Shown: one piece after another, positions 20,026 through 29,589 of the stretch
Numbering within the stretch: position 1 is the first letter of the stretch
Layout: every line of letters starts with the position of its first letter
From: a virus
Lineage: Duplodnaviria; Heunggongvirae; Uroviricota; Caudoviricetes
Length of the DNA: 64,000 nt
Direction: 5' to 3' (one strand)
IMG/VR virus record: IMGVR_UViG_3300000553_000015
Notes under the pieces: generated by a model
Seen by the model: the letters and a program-made list of their open reading frames with translations, nothing else
Database searches by the model: none
What the model was told of the DNA's origin: nothing
Made by a program: the position numbers and the translations under genes

Positions 20026-20892
20026 TTAATGGCCAACCGTATTTTGTTTGCATTTATCCCCATGCCATCTTTTATAATTACACGGATCTAATAATTTATT
20101 GCAATGTATGCAACATATATAATTTTGTTCCTTCCAAGCTGAACTACTAATAGTATCTGTTCGTTTTTTACTACTATCTTTTCCAATAGTGTTTTTCCAC
20201 TCTGGATTACTTTTTGTTATTGATGTTTTTTGAATAGCTTTTTTACCAATAGTATCTTTCCATTCTTGACTGTTTCTAGTAGCAGATACCGATTGTGCTA
20301 GTTTTTTCCAATCAGTTGATTGAAGTCTTTTTTCAGTCGCTTGTTTTCCTATTGTTTTTTTCCATTCAGCAGATTGTTTAGCCATTGATATGTTAGCTCC
20401 GGCTTTTTTATGATCTCTATTTTCATTACATTTTTTTATTTTTTCATTGCCAATTGTTTCTTTCCATTGTGATGAATTAACAGTTTTCTTATATTTTTCT
20501 GTTCTTACAATATCTGTTCCATTCTCTTTTGCTGTTACCCTAGACCGCTTGCCGCGTTCACTGAATACTTCAGAATGTTTATGTTCTGCAAAGTATTTTT
20601 TATAGTTTTCAGAATCAGAGGTATTCCCACCATCCCCAGTTTCTGGCACCAAATTGGCAAACTCTTTTGATTTAACAATATCTAATAAAGTTGAATAATG
20701 GGTTGCAATTATTTTAAATTCTTCTATTGTTTTACATTCTGCTAATATTTCTGTAGTAACATAATCACCATGTTTTTTTAAATGTCTAATCCAGTATTTA
20801 CCAGACCCTGCATAAGAAAATGGATCTTGTGTTGTTTTTCCGAGATATTTGAGCCCGGTGTTATTATGAGTTTTTAAATAAAGATAATACAT
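20026..20892 (-). CDS. GIY-YIG family homing endonuclease (I-TevI/Seg-like) with C-terminal repeat DNA-binding modules
   Basis: YYLYLKTHNNTGLKYLGKTT (xIY-N10-YxG), YWIRHLKKHG (RxxH), downstream E/N; four (S/E)WK(E/K/D/N)TIG repeats. Confidence 0.6.
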   Translation of the reverse strand: MYYLYLKTHNNTGLKYLGKTTQDPFSYAGSGKYWIRHLKKHGDYVTTEILAECKTIEEFKIIATHYSTLLDIVKSKEFANLVPETGDGGNTSDSENYKKYFAEHKHSEVFSERGKRSRVTAKENGTDIVRTEKYKKTVNSSQWKETIGNEKIKKCNENRDHKKAGANISMAKQSAEWKKTIGKQATEKRLQSTDWKKLAQSVSATRNSQEWKDTIGKKAIQKTSITKSNPEWKNTIGKDSSKKRTDTISSSAWKEQNYICCIHCNKLLDPCNYKRWHGDKCKQNTVGH

Positions 20893-21065
20893 TTTAATTT
20901 TCCTAAACCTATATTTATCTATTGTTAAACATATTACTTTCGGTTATTTAATTTATTTGTTAGGTAGTATTTATTGATGACATATTAAGACAAAAAAAAT
21001 TAATAAGTGATTGTTATATCACGTATTATTGTGGTTAAATGATGATTTAAATTGGTGTATTTGTT

Positions 21066-21101
21066 CAATCTAACAAGTGATATTATACACCTGTTAGATT
21101 G
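21066..21101. repeat. perfect 10-bp inverted repeat CAATCTAACA-N16-TGTTAGATTG in 225-bp AT-rich intergenic region
   Basis: Read directly; between homing endonuclease start and 794-aa gene stop. Confidence 0.5.
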
Positions 21102-21117
21102 ATAAGTCAAGTAAAAG

Positions 21118-23502
21118 TTATAATATATTATAACTGTAAGAGCAAGTTAATGTTCCACTATCGGCGGTTAAGGTATTAGTGTAAGTTATTATAATATTGT
21201 ATGGTGCAGTTCCTATTGCAGCAACAGACCCGGTTGATGTAACTAATTTGGCACTAAATGTTAATGATCTATTAAAGTCTTCTAATCCAGTGTAGTTGTA
21301 TTCATCATACACTTCGATATTAGAATAATTAGATACCCCAGAAACGTAATATGACGTAACATTTAATGTAATATGTAAAGTACCACTTCTTACATAGTGG
21401 TTAGTAGTGCTAGTATAGACATAGTTAATTTTATAATTTATAGCACCTGATGCAATACCATTAATATTAGTTGGCATTGGTAACTTAAATAATGATAACG
21501 GATTAGCTGATTGCAACATTGTTGACTTTTGAAACCCACCAAATGCTGTAAAAGATACTTTACCAGAAACACTTGGTATATATTGTGTAAGTACAGATGG
21601 TGATGATAACAATTCAGTTCTGTCTGACGTAACACGTTCAACTATATTATTATAGCTATTAATATATATTTGTGGATATAATGGAGAAGTTGATGACCCA
21701 CCATCGTTGCCAACATTTACTAGATTAATATCACTAATGGTATTATGTGCACATAACCCAAGAACTATTGCTTGATGTTTTACATTATTAAAATTAAATT
21801 TAGTAATTTTTGTAGTAGTTGGTCCATATTGTTTACCGACTGTTATTCCATCGGTATTTAACCCCAATGCAATCCCAAACTTAACATCAGTCATATAGCC
21901 GGTTGAAAACACGTTATTTGCAATATCACTATCAGAATAAATACCATATCCAAAACCATTAATAGAAATATTATTAAATATGTTATCTTGACATGTAACT
22001 AATTGACTTAATGCATTAAGTTTTATACCGATGCTATTTTCATCAAATACTTCATTCCAATTACCTGATATTGCCACATTTTCAAAAAAACAATTTCTTG
22101 CAGAATCTAATTGTACACATATTTGTGATCCTAATGCTGTGGTTATTTTTATATTTTTAAGTGTAATAAATCTTGGTTGGTTTATATAAGTAGTTTGTTC
22201 AATATTTCCTGGTGCCCCAATTGATGATATATCATTGATATATTGAATAACAGGGGTAGATGCTGATAAAATTATTTGAAACACTTGCAAAATTTCGTCA
22301 GCAGTTGCAGCTGCAGATAATGTAACTGAATATCCAGGGTTAACTGATACTACTGTAGTATTCAATGGGATTCCTGGTCCTGTGACTGATGCGCCAGACA
22401 TTGAAATATCAGCAGCAATAGTATTAAGAATGAATGAGCCAGATGTAATAGTTGCAGTAACGGCCAGATTAGGATCAAAATATAATATAGTGCTAGAATT
22501 TCCCGCACCTACTATTGTAGCATAACTTGGAATATACAGAGTATTAGTAATACGATATGTTCCTGGTGGAATCTCTAATATAACTCTATCAGCGGTATTA
22601 TAATCAACATTATGTGATGGGATCAATGCAAGGGTTAATGTTTGTGAACCATTTGCAGACGCGACATCAGTCATTGTAAAACTAATTCCAACATTAACAC
22701 TAACTATTGAAGTTCCATATGGTATACCCGTTCCAGTTACTACTGCACCTACCATATCGGTAGTTGCCGCACATAAAACCACGTTGTTATTAATAGATAA
22801 TATACCAGTTATTGATGATGTTGCTGATTGTGGAGAATTATAAAATAATTGATTTATAGAATTTTGAAGAAATTGTGTATCATCAACTGCTCCATCACCA
22901 ACTGTTCCAAAATCTTTAGAATTAACCTGGTCATCTAATCTAGATTGAATAGTTCTTTTTACTGCTTGTGTTATCAATGTTCCAGTGCTATTAATTACAC
23001 TTGTTACACGTAATTGAAATCCTGATCCAGGTCCTAATACACCATTATCATCAAATATTGCATTGATTGATGTTCCGATTCCAGAAAATAATAATACAAC
23101 AGATGTAACAACACCATTAGTGACAGTTATATTTGCTATTGGGTTTGCAATTGGTTGATTACCACCAGATATCCAATTTAATGGGATATCTGCATATACG
23201 TTATCAGTATATCCACTACCTTCTAAATAAGAATAATTGCTAATTGCACCACTTGATTTATAGACATACGCTAATTGACCAAAGATACTAGATGGAGAAG
23301 TTATTTTATCTATATCAAGTTGTGTTAAAATTCGTGTATTTCCAACTGCTGGGGCCCCTTCTGATACAGAACCATTACCAATGTAAAGTTCTTGTGTATC
23401 AACTGCCCAACCAAACTCACCACTTGCTAATTGTGGTAATCCGGTGCCGCTATTCGCTTTTCCGCGACGTTGTTGTATTCGACTGATGCTTACTACTGCC
23501 AT
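21118..23502 (-). CDS. tail fibre/tailspike-like structural protein with parallel beta-helix (pectate-lyase-like) domain
   Basis: N-terminal phage-fibre motif IQQRRGKANSGTGLPQLASGEFGWAVDTQELYIGNG; internal PbH1-like repeats NIKITTALGSQICVQLDSARNCFFENVAISGN…. Confidence 0.65.
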   Translation of the reverse strand: MAVVSISRIQQRRGKANSGTGLPQLASGEFGWAVDTQELYIGNGSVSEGAPAVGNTRILTQLDIDKITSPSSIFGQLAYVYKSSGAISNYSYLEGSGYTDNVYADIPLNWISGGNQPIANPIANITVTNGVVTSVVLLFSGIGTSINAIFDDNGVLGPGSGFQLRVTSVINSTGTLITQAVKRTIQSRLDDQVNSKDFGTVGDGAVDDTQFLQNSINQLFYNSPQSATSSITGILSINNNVVLCAATTDMVGAVVTGTGIPYGTSIVSVNVGISFTMTDVASANGSQTLTLALIPSHNVDYNTADRVILEIPPGTYRITNTLYIPSYATIVGAGNSSTILYFDPNLAVTATITSGSFILNTIAADISMSGASVTGPGIPLNTTVVSVNPGYSVTLSAAATADEILQVFQIILSASTPVIQYINDISSIGAPGNIEQTTYINQPRFITLKNIKITTALGSQICVQLDSARNCFFENVAISGNWNEVFDENSIGIKLNALSQLVTCQDNIFNNISINGFGYGIYSDSDIANNVFSTGYMTDVKFGIALGLNTDGITVGKQYGPTTTKITKFNFNNVKHQAIVLGLCAHNTISDINLVNVGNDGGSSTSPLYPQIYINSYNNIVERVTSDRTELLSSPSVLTQYIPSVSGKVSFTAFGGFQKSTMLQSANPLSLFKLPMPTNINGIASGAINYKINYVYTSTTNHYVRSGTLHITLNVTSYYVSGVSNYSNIEVYDEYNYTGLEDFNRSLTFSAKLVTSTGSVAAIGTAPYNIIITYTNTLTADSGTLTCSYSYNIL

Positions 23503-23523
23503 AAATAAATCCTCTTATAGTCT

Positions 23524-23531
23524 TATTTATG
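23524..23531 (-). promoter_or_regulatory. late-promoter-like box CATAAATA (T4-type NATAAATA) upstream of 794-aa gene
   Basis: minus-strand ATAAATA ~22 nt upstream of ATG 23502. Confidence 0.35.
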
Positions 23532-23547
23532 CAAAAGTGGGTAGGAA

Positions 23548-23569
23548 AAGCCCTATGTTACTAGGGCTT
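23548..23569 (-). terminator. hairpin AAGCCCTA-tgttac-TAGGGCTT, weak terminator candidate
   Basis: 8-bp stem; short U-tract on minus strand. Confidence 0.3.
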
Positions 23570-23576
23570 ATTGTGA

Positions 23577-23963
23577 TTAAGCTACTACAAATGATGTTGC
23601 TAGTGTAACAGTTGTGCCACTTATAGTAACATTTTCTGTTGCACCTGATGAGATTATTGTAGTTTTCAATGTTCCTAGACGTTGAATTCTAAGTTGAAGT
23701 TCAGCATAATCATTAATAGATTTATCCATAACAACATGTATAATACCAGCGGTTGCATTTGGGACATAATATGCTAATGGATTTATTTCATCAACAATTG
23801 CTTCTATTGCACCATTGATTTTTAAATCACTTGTTTCATTTTGTAAATTAACAACAGTTGGTGTTGCGTCCTGAACTATGATTTTATATAAATTGCAGTT
23901 ATTATTGTAAACTGTATTAATTAAGGTTTTTGAACCATTTATTCTTGTTACTGTAAGTGTCAT
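23577..23963 (-). CDS. hypothetical protein (128 aa)
   Basis: ORF. Confidence 0.4.
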   Translation of the reverse strand: MTLTVTRINGSKTLINTVYNNNCNLYKIIVQDATPTVVNLQNETSDLKINGAIEAIVDEINPLAYYVPNATAGIIHVVMDKSINDYAELQLRIQRLGTLKTTIISSGATENVTISGTTVTLATSFVVA

Positions 23964-23981
23964 CTTAACTCTCCATTTCTT

Positions 23982-24719
23982 TTATTTATCAGATAAATAA
24001 TACTTCTCTAATTTAGTCCACATTTTATCTTCGTATTCATTCCAATTTGAACTATCTAAATCAAATTGTTGGTACATTTCTCCACCGACTTTATATGGAT
24101 CATCACCCCTTGTGCACATAAAAATATGCCCTTCTTTAATATCAGTTCCATATACTTTATTGTGTGCTGTTATGTAAAACAGCAACTGTAAAAAATAATC
24201 TTCTATATGCTCTAATTTTTTTAAACGATTTGATTGTTTGTAATCACAAATACTAGGTTTTCCATTATATACGGCAACTAAGTCGGTGGTGCCGGAATAC
24301 AATCCTGGAAAATACAGACTCTGTTCCATAGCCCATACTTCATCTATTTTCTTAAGACCTTCTTTAATAATAATATTAGCCATTTTGTGTGCTTTAACAT
24401 GGATGAGATTGTTTCCAGGTTGTCGTGGTAAGCCACAAATGAACTTTTCTAAATTAGTATGAAGACAAGTTCCAATTCCAGCTGCTTCGGTTGTGATTTG
24501 TTGTGCTTTATCATGATCAACTCTGGATCTCCACTCGTTCAAATGAGTCATATCCTTGGTCGCACTTAGAATAGTTGTTACACTTGGTAATAATTCTCCA
24601 TCAGGTGTTTGATAAACACGTTTTTTGGATATTGGGTCATTGGTCTGTTTACAATTTTTATATTGAAAACGTTCAATGAATGGTGGGGGAGTTAGTGGTG
24701 TATTTGTTAATAATGTCAT
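23982..24719 (-). CDS. PD-(D/E)XK-superfamily nuclease
   Basis: …GTTDLVAVYNGKPSICDYKQS… D…(D/E)xK core. Confidence 0.5.
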   Translation of the reverse strand: MTLLTNTPLTPPPFIERFQYKNCKQTNDPISKKRVYQTPDGELLPSVTTILSATKDMTHLNEWRSRVDHDKAQQITTEAAGIGTCLHTNLEKFICGLPRQPGNNLIHVKAHKMANIIIKEGLKKIDEVWAMEQSLYFPGLYSGTTDLVAVYNGKPSICDYKQSNRLKKLEHIEDYFLQLLFYITAHNKVYGTDIKEGHIFMCTRGDDPYKVGGEMYQQFDLDSSNWNEYEDKMWTKLEKYYLSDK

Positions 24720-24746
24720 TTGCCTATCCGTTGCCTATTATAAAAT

Positions 24747-24787
24747 AGTCCTATTAAAATAGTATTATACCACTTTAATAGGACTTT
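24747..24787. repeat. 12-bp perfect inverted repeat AGTCCTATTAAA-N16-TTTAATAGGACT
   Basis: Read directly; intergenic downstream of 118-aa gene. Confidence 0.5.
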
Positions 24788-24795
24788 GTAAAGTT

Positions 24796-25152
24796 TTATT
24801 TTTGCCTTTTAAGTTGGCTCATTGCAGTTGAACTAACTGTGCTATGTGATTGATCTATTACTTGTTGATTATTTACTTGGTCTGCTGGTTGATTAGTTGG
24901 AACTAATCTAATTCCATATTGGTCAAAACTGTCTTTGTTCCCATCAACAATATTATTTAATACAGAGAGACCTTGTTCTTGTTCGCTATTGTATTGTTTA
25001 CTAAATGATTTTTCATCGATTGCTGGTGATCCATACCGTGTGATAACTTTATTAATAGCTTCCCACGGTATGGTTATAGTTTGTCCAGAATGATCTGCCT
25101 GTGCTTGATAGTTTGATAGAGTATCTACTAATGGATCAGCAAACTCACGCAA
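24796..25152 (-). CDS. hypothetical protein (118 aa)
   Basis: ORF. Confidence 0.4.
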   Translation of the reverse strand: MREFADPLVDTLSNYQAQADHSGQTITIPWEAINKVITRYGSPAIDEKSFSKQYNSEQEQGLSVLNNIVDGNKDSFDQYGIRLVPTNQPADQVNNQQVIDQSHSTVSSTAMSQLKRQK

Positions 25153-25157
25153 AAGAT

Positions 25158-26105
25158 TTACTTTTTTTTTGAGGTAAGCAACATTCCTAGACGACGACTA
25201 TATTCAACGCTTTCACGTTTCATACGGTCTGCTTCTGATGCTGGAGGAGGTAATTCACCACCTTCTTCACCTGGGACACCACCCTCAGCTCCTGGCATTT
25301 CTGGTACTTCCATACCGCCCATTCCAGCTGTTACATCAGAACCTGGTGCACCACCCATTGTTTCAATTTGTTCGCCAGAAACAATTGCCAATCCTTTAGA
25401 CAATCCTTCACGGCTTGATACCAATGCTGTATATAATCCATCTAATGCTGATTGAACCACTTCATTAAATTGCCCTGCTACGTCACTGCCTTGTTCTGCT
25501 CTTATAGAGTCAAGTAATTCTAATAATTGATCAGCCTTCATTGCAGCAGTATCTTCGATCCAGTTAGTAACTTTACTAACCATATCTTTAGTTGATAAAA
25601 TATTTTCTGCCTTTTGTTCTTCGCCTTCTAATAACATCCAGCTTGCTTGTGATTCAGATAAATCATAACGTAAAGTTAATTCAGCAGCCAATTCTTGTCT
25701 ATCAGATTCACCTAATTGAATTCTTTTGATAGCAGTTTTAATCCAGCTTTCTGGTACTGACATTTTTTCAGCACGATGACGAATTGCAGAAATCATAGCT
25801 TCTTGACTTACTTGTCTAGTTGATACAGTATTTTCAGCTAACTCAGCTTCTTCTGCTCTTTCAGAAAGTGCTTGATTTACTACATCTAGTAATGCTTTGG
25901 TTTTTTGATACTTTGCATTTTCTAAGATGTTGTCATAGCTTTCTGATAATTCCATTTGGCTAAGTTCAGTACGTAATTTATTCCTCACATCACCCAATTG
26001 AACGTCATTAAATTGTTCTAATTTTAATTTGTAACCAAAGGTTTTAGCTAAACTTTCGTTCAATTGTTTGCTAGTTACTGGTTGTGATAATTCTTTTAGT
26101 TGCAT
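25158..26105 (-). CDS. hypothetical acidic protein (315 aa; scaffold/internal-protein-like composition)
   Basis: E/A/L-rich with G/E/P-rich C-terminus; preceded by a perfect TATAAATA box. Confidence 0.4.
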   Translation of the reverse strand: MQLKELSQPVTSKQLNESLAKTFGYKLKLEQFNDVQLGDVRNKLRTELSQMELSESYDNILENAKYQKTKALLDVVNQALSERAEEAELAENTVSTRQVSQEAMISAIRHRAEKMSVPESWIKTAIKRIQLGESDRQELAAELTLRYDLSESQASWMLLEGEEQKAENILSTKDMVSKVTNWIEDTAAMKADQLLELLDSIRAEQGSDVAGQFNEVVQSALDGLYTALVSSREGLSKGLAIVSGEQIETMGGAPGSDVTAGMGGMEVPEMPGAEGGVPGEEGGELPPPASEADRMKRESVEYSRRLGMLLTSKKK

Positions 26106-26134
26106 GTTAATATTCCTTAAACATAATTTATAAT

Positions 26135-26142
26135 GTATTTAT
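26135..26142 (-). promoter_or_regulatory. T4-type late promoter TATAAATA (minus strand)
   Basis: plus tatttata 26135-26142, 29 nt upstream of ATG 26105. Confidence 0.45.
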
Positions 26143-26576
26143 ACAAAAGTGTGTTTAAACAACTTAGAAATCTTATTCTTAACTTTGTTGGCTCTGTAAT
26201 CACTTTCTTCTAATCTAGTTAATAGTATTGGATACTGGTCATCTGTGACTTTGTTGATAATACTTTTATATACTATAACATCGCTATAATTTGCCCAATA
26301 ACTGTTATCCAAGTCCTTAATTTCATTACATTTGTAAAAGTATCTGTGATTATATGCTTTGGCAGCTATAAGGGCACAACTTTTCAAATGAAACTGATCT
26401 TTTAAATCTTTACTGTTTATATTAAACACTCCCCATTTATTATTAGGAAGTTGTTTAACCAGATAATCTTTATATATCAACATACCATTAGGCAAAATTG
26501 ATATTGGTAATTTTGTTTGTAGTTCTTGATCAAAATATTGAGCTAGTTCTCTAATTGTCTTTTTTGAATTTTTCAT
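26139..26576 (-). CDS. hypothetical protein (145 aa)
   Basis: ORF. Confidence 0.4.
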   Translation of the reverse strand: MKNSKKTIRELAQYFDQELQTKLPISILPNGMLIYKDYLVKQLPNNKWGVFNINSKDLKDQFHLKSCALIAAKAYNHRYFYKCNEIKDLDNSYWANYSDVIVYKSIINKVTDDQYPILLTRLEESDYRANKVKNKISKLFKHTFV

Positions 26577-26790
26577 TTGCTACCACTGTTGGGTCAGTAA
26601 ACCCAGTTTTTTCAACTAGACCTTTTCTAATCATATATTCTACTTTAACTTTATCGTGTTCATTAAGTGTATTTAATTTTACTGGCGATTTAAGTTTTTT
26701 TAAAATCTTGGCTTCTTCATTAGTTGTCCAGATTTCCATATTTTCTAATAATTCTTCGATTTTCATTTTATACCAGCAATGGTTAACCAT
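26551..26790 (-). CDS. hypothetical protein (79 aa)
   Basis: ORF. Confidence 0.35.
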   Translation of the reverse strand: MVNHCWYKMKIEELLENMEIWTTNEEAKILKKLKSPVKLNTLNEHDKVKVEYMIRKGLVEKTGFTDPTVVANEKFKKDN

Positions 26791-27962
26791 TTATAAAGTT
26801 CGTCGGACTCTTTTAAACCAGATACTGGCCCAAATGAACCAGTTTGTTTACTACTCATGCTACCACGAGCACCTCTTTCAAATCTTTTATCTATTATACC
26901 ATCTATAAAGTTATCAGTTGGATCACCACCAATTTCATTATTAGAATCAACTAAATCGTCATCTTCTAATTCTTCTTCACTAGTTTCACCCATTCCCATC
27001 ATTTGTGATGGATTTGTATTGATACTAATCTGTGAACCAGTTGTAATTGGTTTTTCAGTTGTTTGCATAGCACCGGCAGAACCTTGCTGACCTGTTAAGT
27101 TAAATACAGGATTACCTTGCGCATCTTTACCAATTGCAGTAGGGTCTTTTGTTAAATCTTTTTGAATTTGGGTACCATCTGGCATTGTTACCGAAACTAA
27201 TTTACCTGGTTGGTAATTAGTTACAACAGCATGTGTTCCATCTTCTTTTACTATATCGTTGATTTTCATTTGTTCTCCAAGGCTGAGTTCAGCACTTTGT
27301 AATTTGTCTATGTGATTTCTTAGCTTATCTATTTTTCCACGAGATCTTAATAGCTTGAACGCTAAGTTTTCTACAGATTCTTCACACCCCATTTCTAATC
27401 CAGCTTGTCTTAATCTTTTAAGATCATCCATGGCTGCTTTTGCTTCATCTAAATCTTTTGATCTAAGTGCTTGATTAATTTTTGATGAATAATTTCGTGC
27501 TTTATTTTTAACTTCTTGTGGAGTTGCTTTTGGAACTACTTTAGATGGTTTATGTATCCATTTATTATCTAGGACACTGTATATACCAGCCGAGTGATGT
27601 GGTTGTGTACTATTTTGTACATATACTTCTACTGGTATGCTCTTTAATTTAATATCATATTTGTTATTAAACTCATTCTTTTTTGCATTATAGTAATCTT
27701 CTAATTCTTCATCATTTGGCATATCAACTACTAAATGTAAATCAACATCAGAATATTCAGAATAACCAAAACTAGCATTTGAACCACTGATTGTTACATC
27801 AGTTAAGTTAAGATGTTTAACTTTTAAAGTATCTGCAAAGTGTTTAGCAATAGATAGCAATTTGTATCTAATATCTAAACGTAATTCATCATTATCCCAT
27901 AGAATTGGGTTTAATGTATTGTTTACTGTAAATGCTGCAACTGGTGCTTCTGAAATTGACAT
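26763..27962 (-). CDS. nucleotidyltransferase-fold (pol-beta superfamily) domain protein
   Basis: GSNASFGYSEYSDVDLHLVV = hG[GS]x9-13 [DE]h[DE]h signature; 399 aa with G/S/T-rich C-terminal half. Confidence 0.5.
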   Translation of the reverse strand: MSISEAPVAAFTVNNTLNPILWDNDELRLDIRYKLLSIAKHFADTLKVKHLNLTDVTISGSNASFGYSEYSDVDLHLVVDMPNDEELEDYYNAKKNEFNNKYDIKLKSIPVEVYVQNSTQPHHSAGIYSVLDNKWIHKPSKVVPKATPQEVKNKARNYSSKINQALRSKDLDEAKAAMDDLKRLRQAGLEMGCEESVENLAFKLLRSRGKIDKLRNHIDKLQSAELSLGEQMKINDIVKEDGTHAVVTNYQPGKLVSVTMPDGTQIQKDLTKDPTAIGKDAQGNPVFNLTGQQGSAGAMQTTEKPITTGSQISINTNPSQMMGMGETSEEELEDDDLVDSNNEIGGDPTDNFIDGIIDKRFERGARGSMSSKQTGSFGPVSGLKESDELYKWLTIAGIK

Positions 27963-27963
27963 A

Positions 27964-28224
27964 TTAGAATTTTATTAATATAGTAACAATAGTTGAGAGA
28001 ATACCAGCTATAATAGTAGCAGTTGCACCTATGATGACTTTGCTCATACTGCCTTTACTTTCTTCTATTTTTTCAGCTAATACTTCTACTTTAGTTTCAA
28101 TTGTATGTAATCTTGATTCTAAATTTTGATAACGTAATGCACATAATTCTACGTGACTCTCTAAGTTTTCTTTTTCAATATCAGTTGGTTTTAGTGACAT
28201 TCCGTTCTCCATTGTGACTCCCAA
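27964..28224 (-). CDS. small coiled-coil protein with C-terminal transmembrane anchor (86 aa)
   Basis: …VIIGATATIIAGILSTIVTILIKF hydrophobic C-terminus. Confidence 0.4.
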   Translation of the reverse strand: MGVTMENGMSLKPTDIEKENLESHVELCALRYQNLESRLHTIETKVEVLAEKIEESKGSMSKVIIGATATIIAGILSTIVTILIKF

Positions 28225-28230
28225 ATGAGG

Positions 28231-28665
28231 TTATAGTGTATTTATCGGAAAATGGTTAAAAACTATATTCTTACCTTTACCTTCAGTCACAAATACTGCA
28301 TACTTTTGTTCCATTAGTTCATCTAACCCATTGATATATGGAACTAAATTAAAGTCATCTTTAAGAAATCCAACAGGATCACCGTCTTTTTCATAAACAA
28401 AATCACGTTCAGATTCAAAATCAAATCTCCATACTCTTATAATATCATTGGTATTAAACCCAACAACTTTTCCTTTTACTTCTACTAGAGTTGGGTTGAT
28501 ACTATAGAAAACATTAGAACGAATACCCAATGTTTGGATGATGGTATTGAAGTTTTGTTCTTTCCATCGAGCAGCTTCCTTACCAGGTTCAGCACGGTAT
28601 TGTCCAGTATGTGTGATATCTACAAGTGTATATAAATTATAAATCATCTTATATTTAGCAGACAA
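28231..28665 (-). CDS. hypothetical protein (144 aa)
   Basis: ORF. Confidence 0.4.
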   Translation of the reverse strand: MSAKYKMIYNLYTLVDITHTGQYRAEPGKEAARWKEQNFNTIIQTLGIRSNVFYSINPTLVEVKGKVVGFNTNDIIRVWRFDFESERDFVYEKDGDPVGFLKDDFNLVPYINGLDELMEQKYAVFVTEGKGKNIVFNHFPINTL

Positions 28666-28695
28666 AAAAAAGCCCCGAATAAATCGAGGCTTTTT
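28664..28695. terminator. bidirectional rho-independent terminator (A8-AGCCCCGA-ataaa-TCGAGGCT-T5)
   Basis: 8-bp stem with one mismatch flanked by A-run and T-run. Confidence 0.55.
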
Positions 28696-28715
28696 AATCT
28701 AATTTAAACTAGTTA

Positions 28716-29168
28716 TTAAACCAATGTAGCACCTGATAAGCTTTTAGCTGAAGCTACAACGTTAGTTCCTATTGGTGAATTCCAAGAACCTAGTGCAGTC
28801 CATACTGCTACTTCGATATCACCCCAAGAACTATCAGAAACGTTACTACCATCAGCTGAATCATTAGCAGTGTTGCTAGCGATAGCAATAGTAATATCAG
28901 TTGCAGTTGGTGTACCGATTGCATAAATTTCAGCATAACCCTGAACTGTACGCACTAGAGTAGTTAAATAACTTTGTGGGTCAGTATAAGTACCTGATGA
29001 ACCAGATTGTTTAGTTAAGTCTGGTGCACCTGAACCACTCAAAGTGATGTTTAAAAATACTAATGCACGAGTACCAAGTTGTGTAGTTGGTTTTGTTTTT
29101 AAATAATTAGCAGCAACGCCAGTGTTCACTGTTCCGTCGATGCCTGTTGTTCCTAATAATGATGGCAT
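28716..29168 (-). CDS. hypothetical protein, possibly structural (150 aa, G/T/S-rich)
   Basis: ORF; GATAAATA late-type box ~50 nt upstream (29219-29226). Confidence 0.4.
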   Translation of the reverse strand: MPSLLGTTGIDGTVNTGVAANYLKTKPTTQLGTRALVFLNITLSGSGAPDLTKQSGSSGTYTDPQSYLTTLVRTVQGYAEIYAIGTPTATDITIAIASNTANDSADGSNVSDSSWGDIEVAVWTALGSWNSPIGTNVVASAKSLSGATLV

Positions 29169-29233
29169 AATCTTTCTCCTATATGCTTTTCAACCCACAC
29201 TCTGTAGGTTTATAATATTATTTATCAAAAAAG

Positions 29234-29488
29234 TTAAATTTTCTTACTTTCTTGTAGTTTTTTAAGGCCCCTTTTGAATTTAGTTGTATCACCTGATTTA
29301 ATACTATTGATGAATCTACGTTCTAAATCATCAGAGATTTCTGGATCGTAGTTTTCTTTAATTAGTTCAATTAGATTTATCGCACTTTGTATTATATTAG
29401 AAGCACGACTTTCTATTATTAGATTAGTATCTCTACTTAATCCAATTTCACTTAATTCTTGTAGTATGGAGCGAGTTGATTTTTTCAT
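29234..29488 (-). CDS. hypothetical protein (84 aa)
   Basis: ORF; AATAAATA box 19 nt upstream (29507-29514). Confidence 0.4.
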   Translation of the reverse strand: MKKSTRSILQELSEIGLSRDTNLIIESRASNIIQSAINLIELIKENYDPEISDDLERRFINSIKSGDTTKFKRGLKKLQESKKI

Positions 29489-29530
29489 CCGATGTTCCTT
29501 ATACTGTATTTATTTTATTATTAAATTATC

Positions 29531-29559
29531 TTGACTATTTTTATATAATTTAGTATAAT
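29531..29559 (+). promoter_or_regulatory. orphan sigma70-consensus promoter TTGACT-N17-TATAAT firing antisense into tnpB 3' end
   Basis: ttgact 29531-36, 17-nt spacer, tataat 29554-59; no plus-strand ORF downstream. Confidence 0.5.
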
Positions 29560-29589
29560 ATATATTCACAGACATACAGTTTGTATAAA

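Noticed and set aside
26555-27090. Plus-strand ORFs 26555..26908 and 26857..27090
   Set aside because: They overlap well-supported minus-strand genes and have no SD or promoter.
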